Assembly (NCBI GenBank): GCA_040767805.1
Contig: JAXGNU010000002.1
Coordinates: 132,756 to 196,755, forward strand
DNA: 64,000 bases
DNA from: Thermovirgaceae bacterium
GTDB lineage: Bacteria; Synergistota; Synergistia; Synergistales; Thermovirgaceae
Direction: 5' to 3'
The notes under the pieces were generated by a model that saw only the letters and a program-made list of their open reading frames with translations, was not told where the DNA came from and did not search any database. Below are positions 36,981 through 46,147 of this stretch, in pieces. Position 1 is the stretch's first letter. Each line of letters begins with the position of its first letter. The translations under genes were made by a program, and so were the position numbers.

Positions 36981-38111
36981 TTATAGGTCGATCTTTTTGA
37001 AGACCATGCTCCCAAAGCCCTCGTTCATCCGGTCGAAGACGGGCTTGCCCACCAGGAAGGAATAAATCTCGTCAGCCTTCTTCACCGGGTCGACGTCCTC
37101 GAACCTCTCCGGGTACAGGACTTTTCCTATGAAGTAGGCGTCGGCGAGGATGGAGCCCTGGTTCTGGGAGTACCAGTTGTAGGGCAGCACCCCGTAGACC
37201 TCGCCTTTCTCCACCGCCGACAGGACCTGGTAGGGGGCCTCGGTCCGCAACTGGTTCAGGGCGTTCACCTCGGCCCCTCCCTGGAGGGTGGAGAGGTCGA
37301 TGAATATCTTGTCCGGGTCCATCGACACCAGGCTCTCCACGGAGAACGTCGACTGCTGCAGCTGTTCGGAGGCCTTTCTCGAGGGATCGGCGGCGATGTT
37401 CCTGGCGTTCACGAACATGAAGGGAGGATAGGCCGGTTCGGTGGAGGTCATGCCGTGGGGCCCCTTGAAGGCCACGCCGCCGATGTAGCAGCTGGGCCTT
37501 TCATCCTCGGGGATATCGGCCGTCCTTTTGGCCAGGTCCCCGATGATCCCGTCAAAGAAGGCGATGACCTCCCTCGCCCTCTGCTCCTTCCCTATAACGC
37601 GCCCCATCAGGAGGAGCGTTTCGTCCATCTCCTTCTTGCCGATGCCCAGCTGCCCGTACTCCAGGATGATCACCGGTATCCCCGTCTTGTTCTGCAGTTC
37701 CACCGGGTCATGGCCCATTTTGCCGTTGACCTTGAATATGACCTGCGGAGCGGGGTCCAGGGCGACGATCAGCTCGGGGTTGTCGAAACCCCTGAACTCC
37801 CCGAAGAGGGGTTTATCCTTCAACTCGGGGTGGGCCAGGTAATAGGGGCGGGACTCGAACATGCTCCGTGACTTTTCCATGTCGTCCACGGCCACGGCCA
37901 GGTCCTGTCCCTGGAGGTAAACAAGGTAACGCAGGCACCCCGATCCGGAGCAGATCACCCGGGTCACCTTTTCAGGGACGGTGACCTCCCTGCCCCAGGA
38001 ATCGGTCACCGTGACCTCCGCGGCCGAAACGGCCGCGACGCCGCCGAGAAGCGCGAAGAGGACGATAACACCGGTGAGAACAAGGCGCTTGGGGGATACG
38101 AAGAAGGACAT
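36981..38111 (-). CDS. Metal-chelate ABC substrate-binding protein (FecB/BtuF-like)
   Basis: Signal peptide, VTDSWGREVTVP, LSAVEKGEVY, KVLYPERF. Confidence 0.88.
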   Translation of the reverse strand: MSFFVSPKRLVLTGVIVLFALLGGVAAVSAAEVTVTDSWGREVTVPEKVTRVICSGSGCLRYLVYLQGQDLAVAVDDMEKSRSMFESRPYYLAHPELKDKPLFGEFRGFDNPELIVALDPAPQVIFKVNGKMGHDPVELQNKTGIPVIILEYGQLGIGKKEMDETLLLMGRVIGKEQRAREVIAFFDGIIGDLAKRTADIPEDERPSCYIGGVAFKGPHGMTSTEPAYPPFMFVNARNIAADPSRKASEQLQQSTFSVESLVSMDPDKIFIDLSTLQGGAEVNALNQLRTEAPYQVLSAVEKGEVYGVLPYNWYSQNQGSILADAYFIGKVLYPERFEDVDPVKKADEIYSFLVGKPVFDRMNEGFGSMVFKKIDL

Positions 38112-38133
38112 CACTATCACCTCGAAGGCAAGA

Positions 38134-38161
38134 TTATTACGATTATTCTATTTCGTAATAA
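38134..38161. promoter_or_regulatory. Perfect dyad TTATTACG-N12-CGTAATAA (NikR-like 6-16-6 geometry) upstream of the ABC-fmdE genes
   Basis: AT-rich palindrome in a GC-rich background, about 20 bp upstream of the SBP start. Confidence 0.6.
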
Positions 38162-38288
38162 ACGATTGGGCAAGGGTTCGCCCCCAAGGGTCCTTCAGCG
38201 GAGTTCCAAGGGGATGGGTTTGAAGGGGCTTCCTTTATAATGGGCACGGGACGAGGGATATATCGCCGCCTGAAGGAGTTGAGGCCCC

Positions 38289-38654
38289 ATGTACCTCAAG
38301 AAGGATTTCTCCTTTGACGCCGCCCACAGGCTGGAGCACTACCACGGGAAGTGCGAGAGCCTCCACGGCCATACCTACCGCTTCCAGGTGACCCTGAAGG
38401 GGGAACCCGACCATGAGTCGATGGTGATGGACTTCGTGCGGCTCAAGGATTTGGTGGAGCGCCTCGTGGTGGAGCGCCTGGACCACTCGCTCCTGAACGA
38501 CACGATCCCCCAGCCCACTGCCGAGAACATCGCCCTCTGGATCTGGAGGCAGATAGAAAAGGAAGTAAGGGGCGACAACTGCGACCTCTACTCGGTCCAG
38601 GTCTGGGAGACGGCCACTTCGTCGGTCCTCATTCACGGCGAGGACCTTCGATAG
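38289..38654 (+). CDS. queD: 6-carboxytetrahydropterin synthase QueD
   Basis: FDAAHRL, CESLHGHTY, MVMDF, LDHSLLND, PTAENIA, WET. Confidence 0.93.
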   Translation: MYLKKDFSFDAAHRLEHYHGKCESLHGHTYRFQVTLKGEPDHESMVMDFVRLKDLVERLVVERLDHSLLNDTIPQPTAENIALWIWRQIEKEVRGDNCDLYSVQVWETATSSVLIHGEDLR

Positions 38655-38659
38655 GTACT

Positions 38660-39436
38660 TCAGTGCCGGTGACGGCGCCCGTCGCGCCGACGGCCGTGGT
38701 GGGCGTCACCGACCTCGAGGTCTGCCTCTTCCAGCAGCGTCCCCTGGAGGACGTTGGCCAGTTCCGTATCGGCGTCTCCAAGGCCGTATCCCGTCCTCAC
38801 GATGACGCCGGGCGGGATGGTACCGAACTCCGAGGCGAAAACCCTTGCCAGGGCCGCTCCCGTGGGAGTCGTCCTTTCCATGGGCTCTCCCAGGGAGAAG
38901 ACGGGGACCCCCTCCAGGAGCTTGGCCGTCGCCGGTGCGGGGACGGGCATTTCGCCGTGGGCGCACTTCACCGTCCCTGAACCCAAGTTCAGGGGTGAGA
39001 TGACCACCCTGGCCGGGTCTAGGGCTTCCAGCAGGATACAGGCCCCGACGATATCGACGATGGAATCGACGGCGCCCAGCTCGTGGAAATGGATCTTCTC
39101 CGGCGATGTGCCATGGACGGCGGCCTCGGCATCGGCCAGGAGCCGGAAGGCTTCAGAGGCCCTTGCCGCCGCTCCCGGGCCGATGGAGCTCTTTTCGATG
39201 ATCTCCATTATCTCCGCCAGGCCCCGATGGGGATGATCCTCCCCCGATGTGACCCGGGCGCTCAAGCCGGTGATCCCTCGCCTCTTCGTCCGGGTCACGC
39301 TTACCTCGTAGTTTTTGAGCGCCAGCCCATCGAGAAAGGGCTCCAACTCCTCCCGCCCAAGGAGGTCGAGCAGGACGCCCAGCGTCATGTCCCCGCTTAT
39401 ACCGGAGAAACAGTTGAGGTAAAGCGTCTTCTTCAT
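38660..39436 (-). CDS. larC: LarC N-terminal domain only (nickel insertase LarC1)
   Basis: CFSGISGDMTLG, IHFHELGAVDSIVD, CAHGEMPVPAPAT, ERTTPTGAA, GYGLG; ends before the C-terminal domain. Confidence 0.9.
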   Translation of the reverse strand: MKKTLYLNCFSGISGDMTLGVLLDLLGREELEPFLDGLALKNYEVSVTRTKRRGITGLSARVTSGEDHPHRGLAEIMEIIEKSSIGPGAAARASEAFRLLADAEAAVHGTSPEKIHFHELGAVDSIVDIVGACILLEALDPARVVISPLNLGSGTVKCAHGEMPVPAPATAKLLEGVPVFSLGEPMERTTPTGAALARVFASEFGTIPPGVIVRTGYGLGDADTELANVLQGTLLEEADLEVGDAHHGRRRDGRRHRH

Positions 39437-40215
39437 TCTTGTCGGTCCCCTTCCCCGTCCTTTGCTTTTCCCTTGTCAGCAATAAGTGCTGCGGTGAAGC
39501 CGGCGCCGACGCCGTTGTCGATGTTCACCACCGATACGCCCAGCGCGCAGGAGTTGAGCATCGTGACCAGGGGGCCGATGCCGCCGAGGGCTACCCCGTA
39601 GCCCACGCTGGTGGGCACCGCTACGACGGGGCAACCCACGATGCCCGCCACGACGCCGGGAAGGGCTCCGTCCATGCCGGCTACGGCGACGATCACATCG
39701 GCATCGAAAAGGACGTCAAGATGGGCCAACAAGCGATGCAGGCCCGCTACGCCCACGTCATAAAGCCTCCGGACCTCGCACCCCATCGTCTCGGCGGTGA
39801 CGGCCGCCTCCTCGGCGACGGGAACGTCGCCGCTCCCGCCGGTGACGATAAGGACCATACCCCTCGAGGGGGCTTCCCTCTCCGGCCACAGGCGTCCCAT
39901 CCCGGCCTTAGGCAGGTACTCAAGGCCCGGGAGGATTCCCAGGACCCACTGGTGCTGTTCCGGCGTCATCCTCGAGAACAGGGCCTTGCCGGGGCATTCC
40001 GCCAGGGCGCCGGCCACCCCTTCGAGCTGCTCCCTCGTTTTGCCCGGGCAGTAGATGATCTCGGCGAAACCGTTCCTCAAACCCCTATGGGTGTCCAGCT
40101 TGACCTCTCCCAGGTCCTTAAAGGGCAGCCCTTTCAGGGACCTGACGAAATCATCGACCTTTATCTCGTTCCTTCTCAACTTGTCCGCCAGCAGGCGGAG
40201 TTCCCTTTCATCCAT
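39433..40215 (-). CDS. larB: Nickel pincer cofactor carboxylase/hydrolase LarB
   Basis: LDTHR, EIIYCPGKT, DVPVAEEA, DVGVAGLHRL, AGMDGAL, PTSVGYG, VVNIDNG. Confidence 0.95.
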   Translation of the reverse strand: MDERELRLLADKLRRNEIKVDDFVRSLKGLPFKDLGEVKLDTHRGLRNGFAEIIYCPGKTREQLEGVAGALAECPGKALFSRMTPEQHQWVLGILPGLEYLPKAGMGRLWPEREAPSRGMVLIVTGGSGDVPVAEEAAVTAETMGCEVRRLYDVGVAGLHRLLAHLDVLFDADVIVAVAGMDGALPGVVAGIVGCPVVAVPTSVGYGVALGGIGPLVTMLNSCALGVSVVNIDNGVGAGFTAALIADKGKAKDGEGDRQE

Positions 40216-40446
40216 GGCCGCTGTTCGCTCCATTCCGCGGGGACGGGCCCTTCAAAGGGCGCTCCCGCCCCGGGGCTGCGGTTCATTATACTAAAAAAGG
40301 CCCTCGAAACGTGAATAAGTGGAGCTTGTGCTCGACGGGGATTTCTTGGCCGACATGCCTGCCGGTGGGCTTTGAGACCGGCGGGACGAAGATGTGGTAT
40401 CGTTTCCGGTGGTAGATCAAAAAGACAGGAAAGGGAAGGGACGCCG

Positions 40447-41655
40447 TTGGACAAGGCCGAAAGGGTCCGATCCTTCTTCAGGGATAACCCCTCCACCCTG
40501 GTGCTCCTCTCTGGAGGGGTCGACAGCGCCGTCCTGGCCCTGCTGGCCTCGGAAGGGGTCCCTGGGCGTGTCAGGGCTCTGACCTTCCGCACGCCCCTGG
40601 TAAAGGAGGATGAAGTGCGGATGGCCCGGGAGGCGGCCGAGAGGCTCGGCATCGACCTTCACGTGGAGGACGTCGATGTACTGCTGGCCCCGGAGGTCCT
40701 GTCCAACCCCCCTGACCGCTGCTACTTTTGCAGGAAAGCCCTCCACCGGGCAGCGAAAAGGTACGCTGAAGAAGCGGGGCTCTACCTCGTAGCCGACGGC
40801 CTCCAGGCCGATGACCTCGGAGATAATAGGCCCGGCGTGAGGGCAGCCGCCGAGGACGGAGTGGTCCATCCCCTGGCCGAGGCCGGCCTCACGAAACTGG
40901 AAGTGCGGGAACTGGCGAGGGAAGCGGGGCTGCCCAACAGCGAAAGGCCGGCGGCGCCCTGCCTCGCGACGAGGTTTCCCCCGGGCGTTCCCATCTCCCG
41001 GCCCTTGCTCGGGAAAATTGAAAGGGGGGAAGCCTTCCTGGCGGGGGAGGGTTTCGAGAACTCGAGGGTCCGCGTCTTCCCTCCGGGGTTGGCCTCCCTG
41101 GAGATAGAAAGGGGCGACCTGCCCCGGTTTTTCGACGGCCGGGAGAGGATCGTCGAAGCCCTGAAGGATATCGGTTTCCCCGTGGTGTCCCTTGACCTGG
41201 AGGGGCTGGAACGGGGCAAGATGGAGCGTTTCCAGGAGGTGGGCGGCATGGAGGAAGTCTGGCTCGTGGAGGCGTCCCTCGACGACGCCACGGGGGAGGA
41301 GATGGGAAGAGCCCTGGAGGTGCTCCAGGAGGTCTCCCTGGAGGCCCATATACTGCAGGGGCTGGGGAAAAAGGGAAGGCCCCTTTTCATCCTGAGGGCC
41401 CTGGCGCTGGCGGAGAACCTCGACGAAGTCCTGGACAGGTTCTTCAGGGACACTCCCACCATAGGGGTGCGCTACTGGCCCGTAGAGAGGGAAAAGATGA
41501 CCAGGGAGATTAAGGAGGGCGACCTGGTGGTGGACGACCTCAGGCTGCCCGTCAGGATAAAGATCTCCCGCTTCGGCGATATTTTGAAAGGCAAGGCCGA
41601 AGCGGACGACGTGGCGAAACACCTCTACGGGGGACAGCCGGAAAAGGACGACTGA
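40447..41655 (+). CDS. larE: LarE sulfur insertase fused to a LarC C-terminal domain
   Basis: SGGVDS PP-loop, DRCYFCRK, RPG, PAAPCLATR; continues in frame into EASLDDATGE, GKKGRP, TPTIGVR, VRIK, KAEADDV (LarC2-like). Confidence 0.9.
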   Translation: MDKAERVRSFFRDNPSTLVLLSGGVDSAVLALLASEGVPGRVRALTFRTPLVKEDEVRMAREAAERLGIDLHVEDVDVLLAPEVLSNPPDRCYFCRKALHRAAKRYAEEAGLYLVADGLQADDLGDNRPGVRAAAEDGVVHPLAEAGLTKLEVRELAREAGLPNSERPAAPCLATRFPPGVPISRPLLGKIERGEAFLAGEGFENSRVRVFPPGLASLEIERGDLPRFFDGRERIVEALKDIGFPVVSLDLEGLERGKMERFQEVGGMEEVWLVEASLDDATGEEMGRALEVLQEVSLEAHILQGLGKKGRPLFILRALALAENLDEVLDRFFRDTPTIGVRYWPVEREKMTREIKEGDLVVDDLRLPVRIKISRFGDILKGKAEADDVAKHLYGGQPEKDD

Positions 41656-41703
41656 CCGCCTCGGCGGGCTGATTTTGAGGCGCTTTTTTCAAAGGACCGG
41701 GGA

Positions 41704-42747
41704 TCACAGGCTGTCGCCGAGGAGCATGTGCCTTTTTGCTTCCTCCTCGGTGATCCTCCCCTTCTTCACGGCTTCCTTGATATTCTGCAGCAGCGTATGC
41801 ATCCCCGCGTCCTTCCTCATTTCAATGGAACTGGGGATCTGGTGGGGTTTGCCCTCCCTTATATGGTTCCTGATGGCCGGGTCGCCCCAGGCCACCTCGT
41901 GGAGCCAGACCCTCCCCTTTTTGGAGTTGGCCAGCCGTAGCGCCACGGCGCCGAAGAACGTCTGGGAGAGGCGTATGCACTTGTCCTGCCTGTCCCCCGG
42001 GGGGAACATGCCGATGGCGCGCTCCATGATCCCGGCCACGTTGGGGGCGTGGATGGTCGCGAGGACCAGGTGCCCCGTCTCGGCCGCCGAAAGGGCCGCC
42101 GACACCGTGTCGGGATCCCTCACCTCGCCGATCATTATTATATCGGGGTCTTCCCTCAGGCTGTTCCTCACCCCGAGAGCGAAGGACTCCACGTCGTCGC
42201 CGAGTTGCCTCTGGGAAACGGTTCCCTTGCCCTCGCCGAGGACGTACTCGACGGGGTCCTCGATGGTCACGATGTGGCGGGGCTCGTTTTGGACGTACCA
42301 CGAGAGGAGTGACGCCAGGAGCGTCGTCTTGCCGCTGCCGACGGGGCCGCAGATCCAGATGATGCCGGGGCGGATCGTGAAAGCCTCGTGGAAAAAGTCG
42401 TCGATGCCCAGATCCTTAACGGAAGGGATCTCGTTGAAGAAAGCCCTGAGGAAGAGTTGGGGTTTGCCCAGGGAGAAGGTCCTCCTGACTCGCACCCTCT
42501 TGCCCGAGGGGAAGACCGCGATATAGTCGGGCCGGTCGACCCCGGAGAGGGCGCCATGAAGTTCATCCAGCGTCTCCCCCGACGGCCTGCACCCCTGGCC
42601 GGGGCCTGCGAGCCTCGCCATTTCGCCCCGCGTGGACCTCACCCATATCCTCTCGTCGGCGGTGAGGTGGATATCGGTCACCTCTCCCGATCCGAGTATG
42701 GACTCTATCCTCTCCACCAACTGGTTCATTCTTTTCGCGTCGGCCAT
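41704..42747 (-). CDS. pilT: PilT/PilU family type IV pilus ATPase
   Basis: DIHL, GPVGSGKTT, TIEDPVEY, LREDPDIIMIGEVRD, AAETGHLVLATIH. Confidence 0.88.
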   Translation of the reverse strand: MADAKRMNQLVERIESILGSGEVTDIHLTADERIWVRSTRGEMARLAGPGQGCRPSGETLDELHGALSGVDRPDYIAVFPSGKRVRVRRTFSLGKPQLFLRAFFNEIPSVKDLGIDDFFHEAFTIRPGIIWICGPVGSGKTTLLASLLSWYVQNEPRHIVTIEDPVEYVLGEGKGTVSQRQLGDDVESFALGVRNSLREDPDIIMIGEVRDPDTVSAALSAAETGHLVLATIHAPNVAGIMERAIGMFPPGDRQDKCIRLSQTFFGAVALRLANSKKGRVWLHEVAWGDPAIRNHIREGKPHQIPSSIEMRKDAGMHTLLQNIKEAVKKGRITEEEAKRHMLLGDSL

Positions 42748-42954
42748 CTTTTCCCCTCCCGTGACCTTTCGTGAAACGCCTGCCCTGTATAATAACGGAA
42801 CATCACCCCCGTCGCACCGCGGCGGCGGGCCAGGGACGGGACCCCTGCCCCGTTCCCATTGCGGTCCTTGCCGCCCCTCCTTCACCAAACCCAAGCCCCT
42901 TGAAGGAAGATGCTATACCCTTCGTCTAGATTTTAGGTGAGGCAACTCGTATCC

Positions 42955-42983
42955 TTGACATTTTTGTTGAACGACAATAAACT
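42955..42983 (+). promoter_or_regulatory. Sigma70 promoter for the OCD-family gene, overlapped by a shared operator-like motif
   Basis: TTGACA-17 bp-TAAACT; spacer and -10 carry TTTGTTGAACGACAATAAAC. Confidence 0.7.
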
Positions 42984-43105
42984 TATTGGCGTAACATGAA
43001 ACAAATCGCGGGCGACACCCCCGGCCACGAAAGGCCGCTCCGGACTGGTGGGCCGAATGGAACCGGGGAAATGCCCGTCACACCTTTCGAGGAGGGGATC
43101 GTCCC

Positions 43106-44098
43106 ATGTCGACGGTACTGCTGAGCCGTTCCGAAGTGAAAAGCCTCATGACCATGAAGGAAGTGGTCGAGATCGCCGAGAAGACCTTCAAGGGCTTCGG
43201 GGAGGGCACCACGATCAACCCCACCAAGGTGGGCCTGGACCTCGGGGAAACCGCCGAGTACCCCCCCTACGAGGGCTTCATGAACGCCATGCCGGCCTAC
43301 GTGGGCTGGCTGGACACGGCGGGGATCAAGTGGGCCGGCGGGTTCCTGGGGGAACGCAAAAGACTGGGCCTCCCCTACATTACTTCCCTGATACTCCTCA
43401 TCGACCCCAGGGTGGGCAACTTCAAGGCCGTCATGGACGGCGAGTGGATCACCTCCATGCGCACCGGCGCCCAGACTGCGGTCTCCCTCAAGTACCTCCA
43501 CAAGGGGCCGTCGATCCGGCTCGGCCTTTACGGGGCCGGGGGGCAGGGGCACACCCAGACCGAGGCCGTCGCCGCGGTCTTCGATATCGAGGAAGTAAGG
43601 GTATTCGACATCAACCGCGAGTCCGCCCTGAAGTACGCCGAAAATATGAAAGGGGTCGTCAAGGGCAAGGTGACCGTCGTCGACGACCCCAGGGACGCCG
43701 CCTGGGGGGACGCCATCGTCTGCGTCACCCAGTCCAAGGAGAAATTTCTCAGGAACGAATGGATCGCCCGGGGGGCGAACGTCTTCCCTATGGGCTCCTA
43801 CCAGGAGGTGGACGACGACTTCATACTGTCCGCCGATCGGGTTATCGTGGACCACGTCGGGCAGTGCCTTCACAGGGGGGCCCTCAAGGAGTTGGTCGAG
43901 GTCGGGAAGTTCCAGGAGTCGGACATCGACGCCACCATCGGCGAGGTCGTGGCGGGGAAGAAACCGGGACGGCTCTCCGACGACGACAGGGTCCTCTGTA
44001 TACCCATTGGGACGGGCGCCATGGACATAGCCGTCGCCACGGTCATACTCGAAAGGGCCAGGGAGAAAGGGATAGGGGGTCATTTCGACTTCGTGTAA
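43106..44098 (+). CDS. Ornithine cyclodeaminase/mu-crystallin family protein (paralogue 1)
   Basis: NAMPAY, GIKW, ITSMRTGA, GAGGQG, GTGAMDIAVA. Confidence 0.9.
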   Translation: MSTVLLSRSEVKSLMTMKEVVEIAEKTFKGFGEGTTINPTKVGLDLGETAEYPPYEGFMNAMPAYVGWLDTAGIKWAGGFLGERKRLGLPYITSLILLIDPRVGNFKAVMDGEWITSMRTGAQTAVSLKYLHKGPSIRLGLYGAGGQGHTQTEAVAAVFDIEEVRVFDINRESALKYAENMKGVVKGKVTVVDDPRDAAWGDAIVCVTQSKEKFLRNEWIARGANVFPMGSYQEVDDDFILSADRVIVDHVGQCLHRGALKELVEVGKFQESDIDATIGEVVAGKKPGRLSDDDRVLCIPIGTGAMDIAVATVILERAREKGIGGHFDFV

Positions 44099-44138
44099 GG
44101 CCCCAGGACCCGCACTCCCGTCCCCGCACGACCCGCCG

Positions 44139-44747
44139 CTAGGGGTTCCTGGGGAGGACCAACAGGAGGGCAAGGCACTTCTCGCCGCCCAAGGCCCTCC
44201 CCCCGTGAGGGAGGCTGCCGTCGACGAAGAGGCAGTCCCCGGGGTCCAGTTCGTACTTGCTCTCGCCGCAGAAGAACTCGAGCCTGCCCTCCAGGACGTA
44301 GATGAATTCCTCGCCCTCGTAATTGAAGCCCGGCGAGGTGTGGGGTTCGGGCAGGGGTTCGTAAGTCATAAGGAAGGGGCTCCAGCTCTTGTTGGGCCAG
44401 CGGGCGCCGAGGGATTCAAAGGAATAACCGTAAGGCGTCTTACGGCTGGAACGGGGTTTCCTCTCCCCTCCGCGGATCAGGAGGAAACGGGTCTCCTCGG
44501 CCTCCCTGAGGAGTTCGCTCAAGGAGACGCCCAGGGAACGGGCGATCTTGGCATAGGTGGATATGGGGGATCTGACCTTGCCGTTTTCGATCTTGGAAAG
44601 GAGGGCCTTAGAAAGCCCCGTCCGCTGCGCGAGCGCGTCCAGGGTCAATTGGGCGCTCCGTCGGATCCCCCTGATCCTTCTCCCGATATGGAGGTCGACT
44701 TGGTTGCTTTCATTATCGGAAAAGGACCTTTCAAAAACCCCGGTCAT
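44139..44747 (-). CDS. XRE-cupin transcriptional regulator
   Basis: IGRRIRGIRR..LTLDALAQRTGLSKALLSKIENG; cupin GEEFIYVLEG..LDPGD..PH. Confidence 0.9.
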   Translation of the reverse strand: MTGVFERSFSDNESNQVDLHIGRRIRGIRRSAQLTLDALAQRTGLSKALLSKIENGKVRSPISTYAKIARSLGVSLSELLREAEETRFLLIRGGERKPRSSRKTPYGYSFESLGARWPNKSWSPFLMTYEPLPEPHTSPGFNYEGEEFIYVLEGRLEFFCGESKYELDPGDCLFVDGSLPHGGRALGGEKCLALLLVLPRNP

Positions 44748-44773
44748 CGGGCGCCCTCCTTTCAAAAGGCGGG

Positions 44774-44793
44774 TTTGTTGAACCACCTGAAAC
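44774..44793 (+). promoter_or_regulatory. Second copy of the operator-like motif, between the divergent XRE-cupin and grdE-like genes
   Basis: TTTGTTGAACCACCTGAAAC, 16/20 identical to 42963-42982. Confidence 0.55.
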
Positions 44794-44845
44794 CTATTCT
44801 AGCACCTGCAGGGCTCGGAAGACACCGATGAAGGAGGATCCTGCC

Positions 44846-46135
44846 ATGAAGGAATTCAATTTAAGGAAGGTCAAGGTCCACGAGGTGGCCTTCGGGGAAT
44901 ATACCGAGGTGAAAAAGGGTTGCCTTACCATCGATGCCGCCGCCCTCACCGCGGTACTGCTCGAGGACCGGCAGATGAAAAGCGTCGATATCCGGATCGC
45001 CGCCCCCGGCGATAGCGTCCGCATCGTCCCCGTAAAGGACGTCATTGAACCCCGGGCGAGACTTTCGGCAGAGGAGAACCCCTTCCCGGGCGTCTTTTCG
45101 GACCCCCACGTGGCCGGTGAGGGCGTCACCGTCTCCCTCGATGGGGTGTGCGTCGTGACGACGGGAAGAATGGTCAATTTCCAGGAAGGACTCATTGACA
45201 TGTCGGGACCCGGCGCGGAGTTCTCCATTTTTTCACGCAAGAACAACGTGGTCCTGGTCATCGAACCCGTCGAGGGGCTCACCAAGCACGAGCACGAGCG
45301 GATGGTCAGGATCGCCGGCCTGAGGGCCGCGGCCTTTTTGGGGCGGGCCGGTATCACGGCCGAGTGGGAAGAGGAACTACGCGTTCCCGGGGCGAACCTC
45401 CCCGGCCTTTACGGCACGGACCCCTCCCTTCCCAGGGTGTTGTACGTATGCCAGGTGATAGCCCAGGGGCTCCTCCACGACAACTACATCTACGGGCTCA
45501 ACGCCCAGGGGTGCCTGCCCCTCCTCATGACGCCGGGCGAGGTGCTCGATGGTGCCATCGTGAGCGGCAACTGCGCCGCCCCCTGCCACAAGCACACGAC
45601 CTACCATCACCAGAACAACCCCATCGTGGAGGACCTCCTCAAGGAACATGGTAAAACCCTCAACTTCCTGGGCGTCCTGGTCACCCCCGTCAAGACAGCC
45701 CTCGCGGAGAAGGTCAGGATCTGCACCCAGGCTTTCAAGACGGCCAAAATGCTGGGCGCCCAAGGCGTTATCATTTCCGAGGACGGCGGCGGCAACCCCG
45801 AGAACGACCTGATGCTCCTCGACCGCCTGCTCGAAGGCGCCGGGATAAAGACGGTGCTGGTCACCGACGAATATGCCGGCTCCGACGGGGCTTCACCGGG
45901 TTTGGCCGACAGCACGCCCGAGGCGGATGCCGTGGTCACCAACGGGAACGGGAACCAGAGGGTGATCCTGCCGCCCATGGATACCGTCATCGGGTGGCCC
46001 GAGAGCATCGACAGGATAACCGGCGGCCACGCCGGCAGCCTGGGCCCCGACGGCTCCGTGGACATGGAGATCGCGGGGATCATGGGATCCACCAACGAGC
46101 TCGGTCTTGAGAACCTTACGACCGTGGCGATGTAG
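44846..46135 (+). CDS. Glycine/sarcosine/betaine reductase component B proprotein (GrdE/GrdG-like)
   Basis: PVKDVIEPR, QEGLIDMSGPGA, DGAIVSGNC (pyruvoyl-forming Cys position), TYHHQNNP, GGNPENDL, TDEYAG. Confidence 0.9.
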   Translation: MKEFNLRKVKVHEVAFGEYTEVKKGCLTIDAAALTAVLLEDRQMKSVDIRIAAPGDSVRIVPVKDVIEPRARLSAEENPFPGVFSDPHVAGEGVTVSLDGVCVVTTGRMVNFQEGLIDMSGPGAEFSIFSRKNNVVLVIEPVEGLTKHEHERMVRIAGLRAAAFLGRAGITAEWEEELRVPGANLPGLYGTDPSLPRVLYVCQVIAQGLLHDNYIYGLNAQGCLPLLMTPGEVLDGAIVSGNCAAPCHKHTTYHHQNNPIVEDLLKEHGKTLNFLGVLVTPVKTALAEKVRICTQAFKTAKMLGAQGVIISEDGGGNPENDLMLLDRLLEGAGIKTVLVTDEYAGSDGASPGLADSTPEADAVVTNGNGNQRVILPPMDTVIGWPESIDRITGGHAGSLGPDGSVDMEIAGIMGSTNELGLENLTTVAM

Positions 46136-46147
46136 GAGGCGGAAAAG

